Positions 33,801-46,200 of a stretch of 64,000 bases of DNA are shown here, piece after piece. The notes under the pieces are model-generated. The model was given only the letters and a program-made list of their open reading frames with translations, was not told the origin of the DNA and ran no database searches. Each line of letters opens with the position of its first letter. Positions within the stretch are counted from its first letter, which is position 1. Made by a program: the position numbers and the translations under genes. Origin of the DNA: Klebsormidium nitens (lineage: Eukaryota > Plantae > Klebsormidiophyceae); assembly GCA_000708835.1 (NCBI GenBank), contig DF237260.1:42260-106259 (forward strand). The letters are read 5' to 3'.

Positions 33801-35992
33801 GCGAAAGCCGTGCAGAACCCGAGCATCCTGCAGAGCCTCGCGCAGCAGGCGCAGGGCCGCCGCCAGGAGCAGGCGGTCCAGGCGGCGCGACTCGCTGCAA
33901 GTGAGTCTTCTCGAGTCGCCTTCATGTGCTTTGTAGCCGCGCTTGAACGCGGATTGTGGATAGGGCGCGGCGGAACGGGATGGCTGCTGCAGCAGCACAC
34001 CCGCTAGGTCGAGAGAAAGTTGGATTCGATGTTTGCTAAATCTGGCCGGTACGCTGGTTGTTTCTGGTGTTGTTCGAGAAACGCCCTAGCAGGGCACCTC
34101 ACAACGACGATTACTTGCTTCCAACATTCGAATATCTCAACGCGGAGGCCTGACGTGCGTTGCAACGACCGCGCATGCTCACCGCGCGCCCCTTTTTCCA
34201 CCTCTTCGCAGGCCGCAAGAAGCGGCGGCTCCCCGCCGACATGGAGCTCCCAAACGGCGTCCCGCTCGACGTGGCGCAGGCACAGCTCGTCAAGTTCAGC
34301 CCCGCGCAGGAAGCGGCCCGCAAGGTGTTTGAGCAGATGTACGGGCCCGTGCAAGGGGGGGCTGGTTCCGGGGCTCTGCAGACCCCCCTGCCGGACCAAG
34401 CGTCGTCGCACTCGGGACCGGGGGATATGGACGGGCTGCTGTTGGACGGGGAGGGGGCGGAGAGCGGAATGCGGGTCAGGGGGGGGTCGAATGAGGGGGA
34501 GATCTCGATGAAGTCCGCGGCGGAGCAACTCGCGGTAAGGCCGGCGTTTCTTGATTCTGTGAGTTAATGTCGCAGTGCTATTCTCGATTCTGGAAGGGTG
34601 CGCTCGATCTGGGAGGTTTGTGTAGATTGCGCCGTCCAGTGAGTGGTTGTCCAGGAGTGCAGGCCTTCGGGAGAGAGCATTTCAAAAAAAGCCATCTCCT
34701 TCTTCGGTTGCAAAGGAATATGCGAAGCAGAGCCGAAGACTTGCAACTCCTCAGGTCGAACTCCATCGGATATTATTAGATTCGCTGGATGCCTCCCGAT
34801 GTGTTCTTTGTGATTGACTGCGGGTCGGACATCTTTCGTTTCCTACAGTGTAGGGGCTGTCTACACTTTCTTCCTCCTTCAAACATGGCCCTGTACTTAC
34901 TTCTCTCTCTGACGGTGGGCGCTTTTGAGATTCGGTGTCCTCTTCTGAGCCGCGACTAGCTGCCCTTATTACCATCGTAACAGCCCGTCCGTTGCCTCTT
35001 CCTCAGGCGATCGTCCGGCGGAAGTCTGAAAGCGAAGCCACCGGCACCAGCCATCCCGGCGCCTCTCCCGACGGCTTGGGGCAGCAGCATCCGGGCGGGC
35101 CCGCTCAAATGGAGGGCCTCGACACTGCCCGGGGCTTTGGCCCGGGCTTCGGGATGCCGGGCGAAGCGTCGTCCGGCCCGAGCCCGTTCGCGCATCCCCG
35201 AGCGGCGTTCGCCGCCCGGAGCACTCCCCCCGGGCAGTTTGGGGAGCTTGGGGGATTGGACGACTTTGAGGGGATGCCCGAGGAGATGCAAGACCCGATG
35301 GCCGACCCGACGCAGGAGCCGCCGGGCGATGTGACAAACGGTGAGACTTTGAACAGATGGCGCTTCCGCAGTTGTGTGTGGTGGCGGGATGCTGCTTAGT
35401 GCTGCGTCTGCTGCTCTTGGCGTTACAAGTTCAAACAGGATGCGTCTGGTATGCAATGAGCGGTGTTAGCTTCTGTTTGTCTCGTTGTAAGTATATGGAG
35501 AGGTTTGCTGGGGAGCCGTACAGGTCACCTTTCAAATCCTGTCCGTGTTTGCCAATGATAGCATTCCGTGATGGCCGTGGGGCAGTCGAACTTCGTGTAA
35601 CCTAGACAACCTCTTGTGATTCTTGCATCCTCCCGGAATCCTCGCTCGTTCAGACAATGTTTGACGAGCCCCTACGGACTCCAGGAGTCATCACCAGTCT
35701 GCGCAGCAGATCTGCTTCTTTTCAGACCTTAACAACAAGCCGTTTGAACCGCCTCCGTGCAGAAAGCAGCTTTTGGGAGCAGTTCCTGGCGGGAGCTGTT
35801 GGAAGCGCGGATGATGACAGTGGCGGGCCGGCGTTCACGCCAGACCTCGACAGCCTGAATGCGGGCGAGAGCCTAGGATCCCCTATGGCCAGTGCAGAAA
35901 ATCCTAATGAGCATTGGTGGGATGCAAACAACCAGGTCGACCACATTACGGAGCAGCTGGGACAGCTCGACCCCCATTCTGCTCAACATTGA
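30861..35992 (+). CDS. HsfA: Heat stress transcription factor, class A, 7 exons, about 603 aa
   Basis: Exons 30861-31154, 31552-31746, 32251-32400, 33615-33900, 34212-34534, 35007-35340, 35763-35992 (1812 nt). [28 protein letters not shown]|GFRK with the conserved intron, [31 protein letters not shown] motif FWEQFL, NES-like ITEQLGQL. Confidence 0.95.
33120..33495 (+). repeat. Four intronic echoes of pyrimidine tract, acceptor and first codons of HsfA exon 4
   Basis: cag| followed by exon-like sequence at 33166, 33258, 33350 and 33462; live exon at 33615 (VLEVGSYG); periods 92, 92, 112, 153. Confidence 0.85.
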
Positions 35993-37198
35993 ATCTAGGG
36001 GGATCCCCCAATGTTGGTTTTACTGACGGTCGGTTGTTAAGACGCAGTGCTAATCCTAGACAGCTGAGGGCTTCTGAAGACAAGGATAAGCAGGCTGCTC
36101 ACATAATTAGTCTTTTTCCATAGATGCAAAGTGCCTAACGAGGCCAATCGTATGCCAGACAGGCAAGCAAACGCAAAACGGCACTTGGTAACGGCTGCAA
36201 AGGTGGCCTTGTTACTTGCCCGTGTCTTAAAAAGGAGATGTATAGTGGGGCGATCCAGCGATTGTCGATAGACACTTCAGTATGGAGCCGTTGTTAAATG
36301 TTGAAAACGTAGCAGGCTTCATCCTAAGGTCCATTGGATCATTTATGTACAGCTAAAGGTGCATTTTCACTTTGTCGGACTTGTGTATAATCCTCCTGAA
36401 CAGTGAACATGCGAAGTGGGCATGCACTGTTAATGATGCGTCGCTTGAGTTTGCAGATAAGGGGATGCTCGTTAGATGAAGTCCATAAGCTGATATAGCT
36501 GTCGATCGCTCAAATAATCAGATCTGATCACGCATTTAGGCCGGGGCCGGAGCCTTATAATTCGCTTCGGAATCGGTTGAGCAAAGGATATGCATGATTC
36601 TCGCGTTTAAAGAGCGACTGCATGTGTGCATGGCTCCGCTGCCCTGATCGACGCAAAGTTTACATGAGATGATCGTTTATCTGCAACGTCATTTGCACAC
36701 ATGATCCATGGCAGCACATCGAATGTACTTGAGAGCAGGTCGCGCCCAGGCTATAGGCTCGCTGTTTCAGAATAATTATTGCCTTCGCATGATCATGAGG
36801 CTCCGGTATAAGCGCGACATCATTAAGTCGCAACTCAGTGCACATTCAGATCGGTCATATGCAGTGGGGCGCGCCATCTTCCAAGTTTACTGCATGGCAC
36901 TACAGCAGTGACAGTCAGCTAGCAGCCACCATGCTACATTATTTGCAATCAGGCTTCGGTCCCACCACATGGAGCCGCAGTTGAATCATGGATCCGACTC
37001 GCGTCCGCTTTGGGCCACTTGACAATACCGTCTGAGTTGCAGCTTTCCAACACGAGAGCTTAAACTAGGCCTACTTGCAATGACCCAAACAACCTGCCTT
37101 GAAATGCTTGATGTAATCGCACTTTCTGACATATTTACACTTTGTTTTCTGCGCTCTTTCTCTATCCAACATTTGAGAATTTCCGTGGATGATGTTAC

Positions 37199-39682
37199 CG
37201 TGGTTGCTGCAACCAAGACGAATAGAGTCAGCCTTTGCACCTCCTGTTGACTATGAGCAAGAAAATGACGAGTTTCAGGAAGTCTCGGCAAATTTGTTGC
37301 TACTTCCACGCAAGCAATCATAGAGAAACTTCTAGTTGGACCAAGAGACGGATTGGATGCACCTCGAAGTGCCTCTTCGAACACCAATGTTCCATGAAAC
37401 CTTAGTTCCATTTTTCAGGCAAATCAGAAAGAAGCTGAGCACTCGTCTTCAGTCCTCCAAGCCGCCAGCTCGGCAGTGGCGCCCCTTGGTTGCAGGGTAT
37501 GCTTCCATTCCAGGTGAAGTTTGACTCACATGTTGACGGAAAGCGGCTTCCCTTTGCGCCTCCAGCCTCCCCACATACGAGCTCAGCGTGGCAGGGGTGA
37601 GCTGCGGAAGGACTCTTTGCAACTGGTGCAATTGAGCTGACTTTTCGGTCCCTTCGTTTCTGCCTGCACCAACCCCTGCAACAAGAGCCACTCGATCTCT
37701 CACATGCTCACCCCCCGCAAGAGGCACCCCTTGATCTCTAGCCACATGCCCACTCCCATCGGGCCGCCCTTGATCTCTCATCGCGCTTCCCCCAACAACA
37801 GGAGTCAAATGAGAAGAAGCTTCCTTCGCTCGGATCAACGCCTGGATTGCGTCCACCAGTTTCGAGGGTTCCGACTCCGCACGCCCCTCCGCCCCCTCCT
37901 GATGCCGAAACCGAGCGGCAGAAGCGTACAGCAACGCTCGCTGGAGGTCCAGCAGCCGGGGGTCGCTTTGCCCCACGTTTCCACCCCCCGTTTCTGCACG
38001 CGTGACTTGGGGGGGGGCAATGGGCGAGACGCCCTCCTTCGCACGGAGGTGTCTCTGTTGACGCTCTATCAGTTGCAGCAGTTGGTGCATATGCTGGTTG
38101 GGTGTGGAAGCGGGGAGCTCATTGGAAATTGTCTTTAATTTAGTAGACGGTGTCAGATGTGAAGGCTCAAAGTTCTGGTCAGTGGCCCTGACACCGACTG
38201 CGCCCTGAGCTGTAGGGGGTTCTGCGGGCGTGGAGGTTCTGGAGGGCCCTGTATCATCAGCTTCAGCCCTCATTGTGGGTGCTGCAAGGCTGGGCTCTGT
38301 GCCAAGACGGGGCCTCTTGTTGGGGGGAGTGGGGCTGCTGAAGTCTAGCACACCGAGCGTAGATTGGCCTGTGCCTGCAGAAAGCAGAAGTCATCAAAAG
38401 GAGACACTCTTCTTTTCTCCATTGGTCAATCCATTGAACGTAACAGCTGCATACCGTTTGATTGGCTGATGAGAAGTGCCCCAAACCAGAACCTAGAATT
38501 GTTTTCAAAAGTATGATGGGATTGTAGCTGACTTTCAAAAGATTCTTACAATGCACCACCGCCACGTAGCACGCAGCTATTCACCATGTGCAAATGCTAG
38601 GACTATGTGTTGATGTCACACAGAGGATCAAACGCCTCTGAGAAGATCCGCATCTGATAAGGAGATGGAGCACGTAGCTCCTTCTCACTGCTCTGCAACC
38701 AGCCAGAGGACTTCAAATCCTTGTCCTGCATCTGTACAGCAGCCACAGTCAGTGCCAGCTTTGAAGATGCATCAGAGGCAATTCTCACCAGCCTCACTCA
38801 AAATGATCTGCAGATGCACATCGCCTCACCTGGAAACTTCCTCGACTTGTCTTTCTTATGCAGGAGGGGCCAAACAGCAGCTTCGAAGGCATCGGGGTCC
38901 GTGTTGAATCCAGGTGCAATGGAACGACTTGCGAGAAATTGCTGACACTGGAACATCTGACTGATCAGAAACCTCTCAGCATCGCTTGCTTCCATAGCGC
39001 TGCGTTTCGTCCGGCCCATTGCTGCCCTTCAATCCTCACCACCGAGGATCCTGCTGGCAATCAACCGCACAATTGTGCTGGAGGAGAGAAGTACCAAAGA
39101 GTAAAGTGAAATCACATGGGGATTGTCCGGATGAAACAATGAAGTCAAACTACCATAGATTGAAGTGGGGCCCTTCAACACAGCTTTGTGCTTGCTTTCA
39201 CCAAGGCTGACACTGATGACAGTGATGTTGACAGCGAAGCTGGAGAGCTTGGCCGCCATATTGGCGCGCAAGACAGTAGTCAGGCATCGCCAGATTTGCG
39301 TGCCTCCGGCATCCGGATGGCAAAACCCTAACAAAAGGACGGCACCGCCATCATGACACGTGGCATGCATCTCGTGACTCGTCTGTCGGACGGTCTAAAC
39401 GGCAGAAGAAGCCCGGCTTACTCTACCGGTGGCCTTGACGGAATGCCCACATTCGCCGAGTGCCGCAGTCGATTTGCAGGGCATCGCTGAAACGTGTCGC
39501 TGAAATCGACGGCAGTGCGTTGCAGGTGGAACGTCGTCAAGCTGACGGCCGACGGCGGAAATGACCGGGCTGGCCAGAGTAAGTTCCGGGCCATCGAGCG
39601 TCGAACTTTGCCCGGGGGACGCGGCTAGCCCGCGACTGGTGAGTCGAAAGTGCCCCGGGCGACCTTCAAGGGTGTCGTACAT
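37199..39682 (-). CDS. Hypothetical nuclear protein; 3' end uncertain
   Basis: Phase-consistent GT-AG model 39682-39427, 39327-39154, 39050-38973, 38374-37530, tentative 37243-37199, terminal exon not resolved. 845-nt open exon with NLS-like PPNKRPRL; no family recognised. Confidence 0.55.
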
Positions 39683-40270
39683 AATGAAGTTGTGCCAGGC
39701 CCAGCAATCGTCTAAAAGAAGTCACATCAAAATAGCATTGGCGGCCCGCATGCACGATTCCTTGCAGACGATTTCGCACTTACGCTCTTGCTCGGCTTTT
39801 TGGGCCGCACTAACTTTTTCTTAACCAAGATTTTTCTTCCATCCTGTGCGTGGAGTCCCCGGCTTGAGAATCTTAGCGCAGGGCTCGGAACCGCTTTCAG
39901 TGGAAAACCTTCCTCGAATCGGAGAACAAGACTCCTGTTGCGATTCGAGTGCGATTTGGCTGCGATGTCACGATTTCATGGTGCTCTTCGCCTTGAAAGG
40001 GGAGGGGTTCAGGCATTCCCTTCCTCTTCCCTCTTCCTTTGGCGCTTGTCGCCTCTCCTGAAGCGCATGGGGAAGGCCCTTTGACAACAGGTGGTCTGCC
40101 ATTCGCCTGGCGCAGATTGGTGAAAGCCAGTGTTGTAAAACTGCCGCTCTTGCGAGACTCTTGCTCGCTGCTGTTTGCTCTTTGCTTGCGCTGCAAGATT
40201 GCTGTTACTGCAGTCCTGACGAGCATAGAACTGAGTGGACTGTGCTGATCGTGGGACGTCGTCCTTCGGG

Positions 40271-43200
40271 ATGAAGCGACCGAGGGAAGATGCGCCCCCA
40301 GGGCCCCAAATCAAGCGGGCGCATGGACCAGGGTAAGTTGCTTGCGACAGCCGACTACGATGTGCTTGTATGAGAATGAGTGTGAAACATTCCTTTCTTT
40401 GCTGTGTCGCTGCTGCATCTTGCTTTCAGAAGTTCATGAGAGGATCTGTTGCTGGATGCAAAACTTTGCTCCCAGGTCCCATGTGTGGCGTGTTGAGCAA
40501 TGATGCTGACCACCGTAGTTAGTGTGGTGCTAAACGCGGTTCTGTTGCTGCAGGCCGGAGAAGCCTTACGAGGCCCCATTACCAGGCGCAAAGCTGACGA
40601 CGGATGACGCGCTGGCGTACCTCAAGGCGGTGAAGGACAAGTTTCGGGATGACAAGGTCAAGTACGACGAATTCCTGGAAGTGATGAAGGACTTCAAAGC
40701 TACCAGGTGAGTTTTGCTGTTTGTCTTGCTTTGTGCAGCAGATTACTTTCTGAACACAAGCCCTTTTTCCTGCTCTGCTGGTTCCTGCACCTGTTTCAGT
40801 AGATGTTACTGCTGCTCTACTTGTACTTCAGCAGCTGGAATGTGTGATGGTTTGCTTATTACTTTGTTGTGCCCACATGCTTGGATCCTGTGTTAACTCG
40901 TGCGCACCTGCTCGCTTCCTTGCAGGATTGACACTGCGGGAGTGATTGTGCGTGTCAAGGAGCTGTTCAAGGGCCACCGCAACCTCATCCTCGGTTTCAA
41001 CACTTTTCTGCCAAAGGGGTTTGAAATCACGCTACCCCTGGAGGAGGAGTCAGAAGAAGACCCGGTGGCGAAGAAACCAGTGGAGTTCGACCAAGCCATC
41101 AACTACGTGAACAAGATCAAGGCATGTCATCCCTGCTCATTGCGCCCTAGATTGAGGCGGTTGTAAACTGCTTGCTTGGTGCACTGCCGCTGACTAGCGC
41201 ATCTCTGACTCCTGAGCTGAAAACTGCTGTGCTTTCCCTTGTTGCAGTGCTTGTTGTGTGCATTGTCGCAGGAGGAATCTCACACCACCTTGTTTGCAGC
41301 ATTTTGCCCCCAAGTACAACCGCACCACTTTGGGTCTGGGACTGAGTCTGGTTTTTGCCTAGAGACAGATGCAATTTACGTCTGATGTGATGCTGGAAGA
41401 AGCTCCTGTGACAAAGATCTCATACTCTGATATGTCTTCACCCTGCAGACCCGCTTCTCCAACAATGACGCTGTTTACAAGACCTTCCTGGAGATTCTCA
41501 ACATGTACAGAAAGGGGAACAAGATGATCACCGAGGTCTACAAAGAGGTAATATTTCAGTGCTAAGTTATTTTTAATTTTTTTTTTGCTTATCACAAAAA
41601 GTCAGGTCAGCTTTGCTCAAACATGACTGGCATCACTGGTTCTACTGTGGTTGCCAGCAGCAAAAGTAGATTTTCGCGAGTTTGAGCTCAGGAAACCTGA
41701 CTGTTTGTTATTGCCACTTGTACTAAGCTGGGAATGTTCATTGGAGATTGTTGATGCATGTAAGTCAATAACTTTTGCTGTTTTTCTGTGCACCCTAACC
41801 TGGTTTATGAGTTTTTTGCTGTGGTTGTTGTTTCTACAAGTAATTGCTGATAAGTGCATATTTATATTTTCAGTGGAACTTGCCCCCTGGGTCTGTATGG
41901 AATTAGAATAGCGACTTTTTTGAGTTTCTCATGTGAGATGCCACTTGACGTCCATGTCAGGTTGTTGTCCTGAGGAGATTTTCTATTGTTAGCTGGTCAT
42001 ATCTTCAATCTGGGTCGGTGCCTGGTTATCTGCTAAGAAAGGCTGTAACTACATGCATTGAGCAGCGCATGTAGTTTTGGGGGGTTTCATATTTCCCATT
42101 TTCCCATTTAATGCATGTGCAATGGATCTGGATAGAGGGTGCTCCAGCTCTGCTGAATAGTCTCATGCTAGTACTGCTTGCTTGAAGTTTGCCTACAAAC
42201 AAGCTTGCTGAAATATTGCATTGATTCTAGCCTTTATCAGCTGACACTTTGTGTCCTTGGTGGTGCGCTTTCTGTACCAGCTCAGAATAGCATGCATCCG
42301 CCATCTGAGATATTTACGCTGGATTTCTATGTTGACTAATTTGAGAGCCACTGAACAGTTTTGCTGTATACCACTGCTTATACTCTGGTGTCTGTCGGTT
42401 CTTTTCCATGGTCATTTTTCGCACTTGACAGCTCAAACCACGTTTTGGATTCAATGCTGATGGGATTTGACAATGTTCACTTTACAGTTGTCTAACATCC
42501 AAAAAATAGAAAACTTTGTGCTGCTTCTCAAGAGACTTCTTCTGCTGTTTTTGCTGCTAATGGTCCCAGTGGGTATCACTCCAAACATACTCGCAATCTG
42601 ATTTCCAATCCACTTTGAACCCAACGCCCTCCCCTTTATTGAAAATCACCCCCTTTTGTAAGGGAGTGCCTACATATCCCTTTGCAGAGCTGGATCATGC
42701 ACAGTTTTCTACTGCGTGCTAGTGTCAAGGACCCATCTTAGCCTGATCTTTTGTTGAGAAGCTCTTCTTAACTGTACCACCACTTCGACTTATTCTCCTC
42801 TTTATTTAATGATGCGCCTAACCTGGATATGAGCTGCCCTAGAGCTCTCAACTTGGTGCCCATAGTTTTGGTCATTCTTGGTTGGTTTGTTTGGACAAAA
42901 AATTGTCCTTCTGACGCTTCCATCGCTAGTCTCTGCGAATGGCGTCTTCTCCTTTGCCTCCAAGTCATAAGACCTCTGAAATCACTTGATTGCACAGAAG
43001 TAAAAGCATCTCAAAACCTTCCCCTGGACAAAGCCCTTTGCTGCCTCGAAACAGTATCTTGTAAACTTTGGCGTTCAGGAAAGCGAGTGCGTATCTGTTT
43101 GTCCTGCCCATCAATGGGACAGCTTCATCTGATTACATAGACCTGAGAGCTTGTACCTGGCACACGCTTGTAGCTGGAGCCGAACTGTATGTGCGCTGTA

Positions 43201-46200
43201 TGTGCACCAAAGACAAGAAGCTAGAGATAAGAGCAGTTTCTGGTTGATGCAAAGTCTTCCAATCTCTGAGCTTCACTTCTTCCCCTCTTTGCAGGTGTCG
43301 ACGCTGTTTGCGGACCACAAAGACCTGTTGGACGAGTTCACCTACTTTCTGCCGGACACCAGTTCCCCCTGGGTCATGCAGCAGCCGTACTACCCCAAGG
43401 CGCCCCAGATTGCAGCCAAGGTGGCTCCCAACAAGGACATCCCGCCACCCCCCCAGAGGGCGCAACCAATCGCCAAGGTGAGAGCTTCTAGACCACCTCC
43501 TCTCTTCCCCAGCTTGATGATTCTACACGTGAGAATTTTGGTCAGGATGAAGACAGGACCAGGATCGCACTCCAGCCTGAAATATCTCTGACCTGCAAAA
43601 GCGGTGGCCGCTGTGACTTGCTCCAGATTTTTGTGACGTCGCTGTTCTGGTTGGAGCCTTTTGGATTACCTGTGTCATGTTGGAGGTTTTACAGCGACCT
43701 ATTTTGGTCTGTTTTTCTGATGCCCACTGTTTATGCTAGTCAGTAATTGACAGGCAACTTCTTATTGTTGCAACGGCAGGGCAGCTCAGCATTGTTCTTG
43801 ACGGGTGCATTTCTGTGGGCATCATGAAGTCACGATTGTCATCAGCCATTTTGATCGTAGACACACTAGGTTATCTCGATAGTGTTTGTTTAGAGCTTTT
43901 TCTTCCATTAGCAGCAGGCTCCTTCAAATGTAGTGCAGACTGCGCGCTTGGGTTACAATCGAAACCTTGTAATAAAACCGGAATGGACTCCCGGATCGGA
44001 GTCAAAGTACGTCATAGACCCTGCCACCAAAGCTCACCACCCATATGCAGAGGCGGTGCACCCTACCTCTTAACTTGCCTGCCAAAGAAGGATTCGTTTT
44101 GCAAGTTGGAGGTTTTCTTGAGAAATGCAAGATTCTTGTGGACCTTTTTGACCTCTTCGCTACCCTGCTTCTTGTTATTTTCACCCCCTCCTTCCCTTTC
44201 CCCCGTTTTAGCACCTTGCCTTTCTGCCCTGGCTGAGGGGGATCCCCCTACTCTCTGGCTTGGCTCATTGCTGGCATCTTGTTCCTTCCGCATTCTCTCG
44301 TCTGGTGCTGCGGCTTCCAACGACTCTTTGCAAGACAAGCAAGAATTGGATTTTTTCGACGTTAATCGAACCTGGCTTAATCCTGTTGCTTCTTAACCTG
44401 TTCAGTGGGCAGCCCCTTCATTAAGAACAGAAGCTCAAGGAGAGTTTCCTTCACTACTCTGTGACACAGACTTGACCCACCTGCTCAAGAAAATGCCGTT
44501 CAGTCGTTCGAGTACGGCTGGTCTGGTCTGCTGCGCCTGCGCCCCCTCACAGGAGCTCAACAGCTCTTCGAAGTCTGTTGCAGATGTTCACACCAGCTGG
44601 GATCTCAACCTTTCCTGCGGAGTGAGCTTACTTCGACAGGAGTCTGCAAACTGTTTTCTAAACCATCGTTTGTGGTCTGCAGCGGCAGGGCCCCCCAGAG
44701 CTCGCCAAGCCCAAGGACGAGCGTAAAGAGAAGGACATCAAGCCGATGGTGGAGGCGCGCGGCCCACGCGACGTGGTGCGCAAGGCCGACAAGCTGCCGG
44801 GGCTCAAGAGGGAGGACGGGCCCGAAGTCAAGGAGATGACGGCCGAGGAGCGCAAGGCGCACAAGAGTAAGCCCATGGTGCCTTTTGGGGAGCTTTGAAA
44901 TTCCAATCTAGTGACTCTTGTGCTCTTGTTCGGCAGAGCGGACTCTTCCTGAGAACCTCGTGGGTGGCGGGACGTTGCTTTGCTCAAGCCTGCCGGATGA
45001 AGATGACTCTGAGATTTGGTTCTTGAAGGATTGGCGTTGTTGGTCGGACATGAATGCGGCAGCCTTGTCTGCATCTTTGTCAAGGGACACTGTGTCCTCT
45101 GACAAACTCGGACTCGACTCTCTAATCGGCCTCACGAATGCCAGTGCCCTTCTCTCACGGAAACCTGCAGCCATATGATCTCTTCTCACTCTTTTGTTTT
45201 GCGCCCGCAGATGCGAACCTGCAGAAGGAGTTGGTGTTCTTCGAGAAGGTGAAGGCGCGGCTGCGCAACAAGGATACGTACCAGGACTTCCTCAAGTGCC
45301 TCAACCTGTTCAGCCAGGAGATCATTGGCCGCACCGAGCTGCACAGCCTCGTGAGTATGCCGCTTTAAGTTCCTCATGACCGTTCAGACTGCCGTCAAGA
45401 GGCCAAGCTGCCTTGCAACCCGCTCTCATAACGATCGGATCAGCGCAGCCAGCTCACGTTGGTTGGGTCGGAAGGACCATGCGTTTGCTTGTGGTGCTAC
45501 TAGTATTTTTCCTTGGACGTTTATGAGGCTAAGCTGGCTGCAAAGAAGCTTCTTTGCCGAGCCCGTCTTTGAAATTGTATGGCTCCTAAAACGGGTCATT
45601 GAGGTGTTTCCTTTTCCTTTTTCAGGTGAGCGACATTCTGGGCAAGTTCCCCGACCTGATGGAGGGCTTCAACGAGTTCCTGGCGCGCTGCGAGAGCCTG
45701 GGTGAGTCCAGTAACCGATCAAAGTAGGAACCCTAAGCTCCACATTTGGAAGCTCGCATTCTAACACTAAACTAGTGTCACGTACAATCACCCTCTCGGA
45801 ACGCATAATTGCCTCGAACTTACAGAACAAACCTAATTATCTTGGTAAAGCAGTCTCGTCATTGCAAGTCCTCTACAGCACTTCTTGAAACTTCAAACCG
45901 TTAAGTTCTGCTCGTATCTCACAGTTGCGCTTGTCCTTCCTATTCTATTGCAGAGGAAGCAGTGAAGCCGCGTCTGGAGAAGCCCGCCGCCCCGCTGAAG
46001 GACCTTCACGTGGCCCGGCCGTCCCTCCCCGCCAAGAAGGACTACACCAGCCGGCCCATCTCGGAGCTCGACCTCTCGGCCTGCGACCGTTGTACCCCCA
46101 GCTACCGGCTGCTGCCTAAGAACGTGAGTTCAGTCTCGCTGGCACTTCTCCGTGCGTACGTCTTATGATCTTGACATCCTTGGAGGTTTGGTTGAGTTGC

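Noticed and set aside
32934-34007. 357-aa ORF as an independent gene
   Set aside because: Read-through of a pyrimidine-rich intron into HsfA exon 4; explained by the echo array.
43780-43804. Possible 25-nt SIN3 microexon
   Set aside because: Exon 5 (phase 0) joins 44683 (CGG CAG GGC CCC CCA) in frame, so no extra exon is needed.
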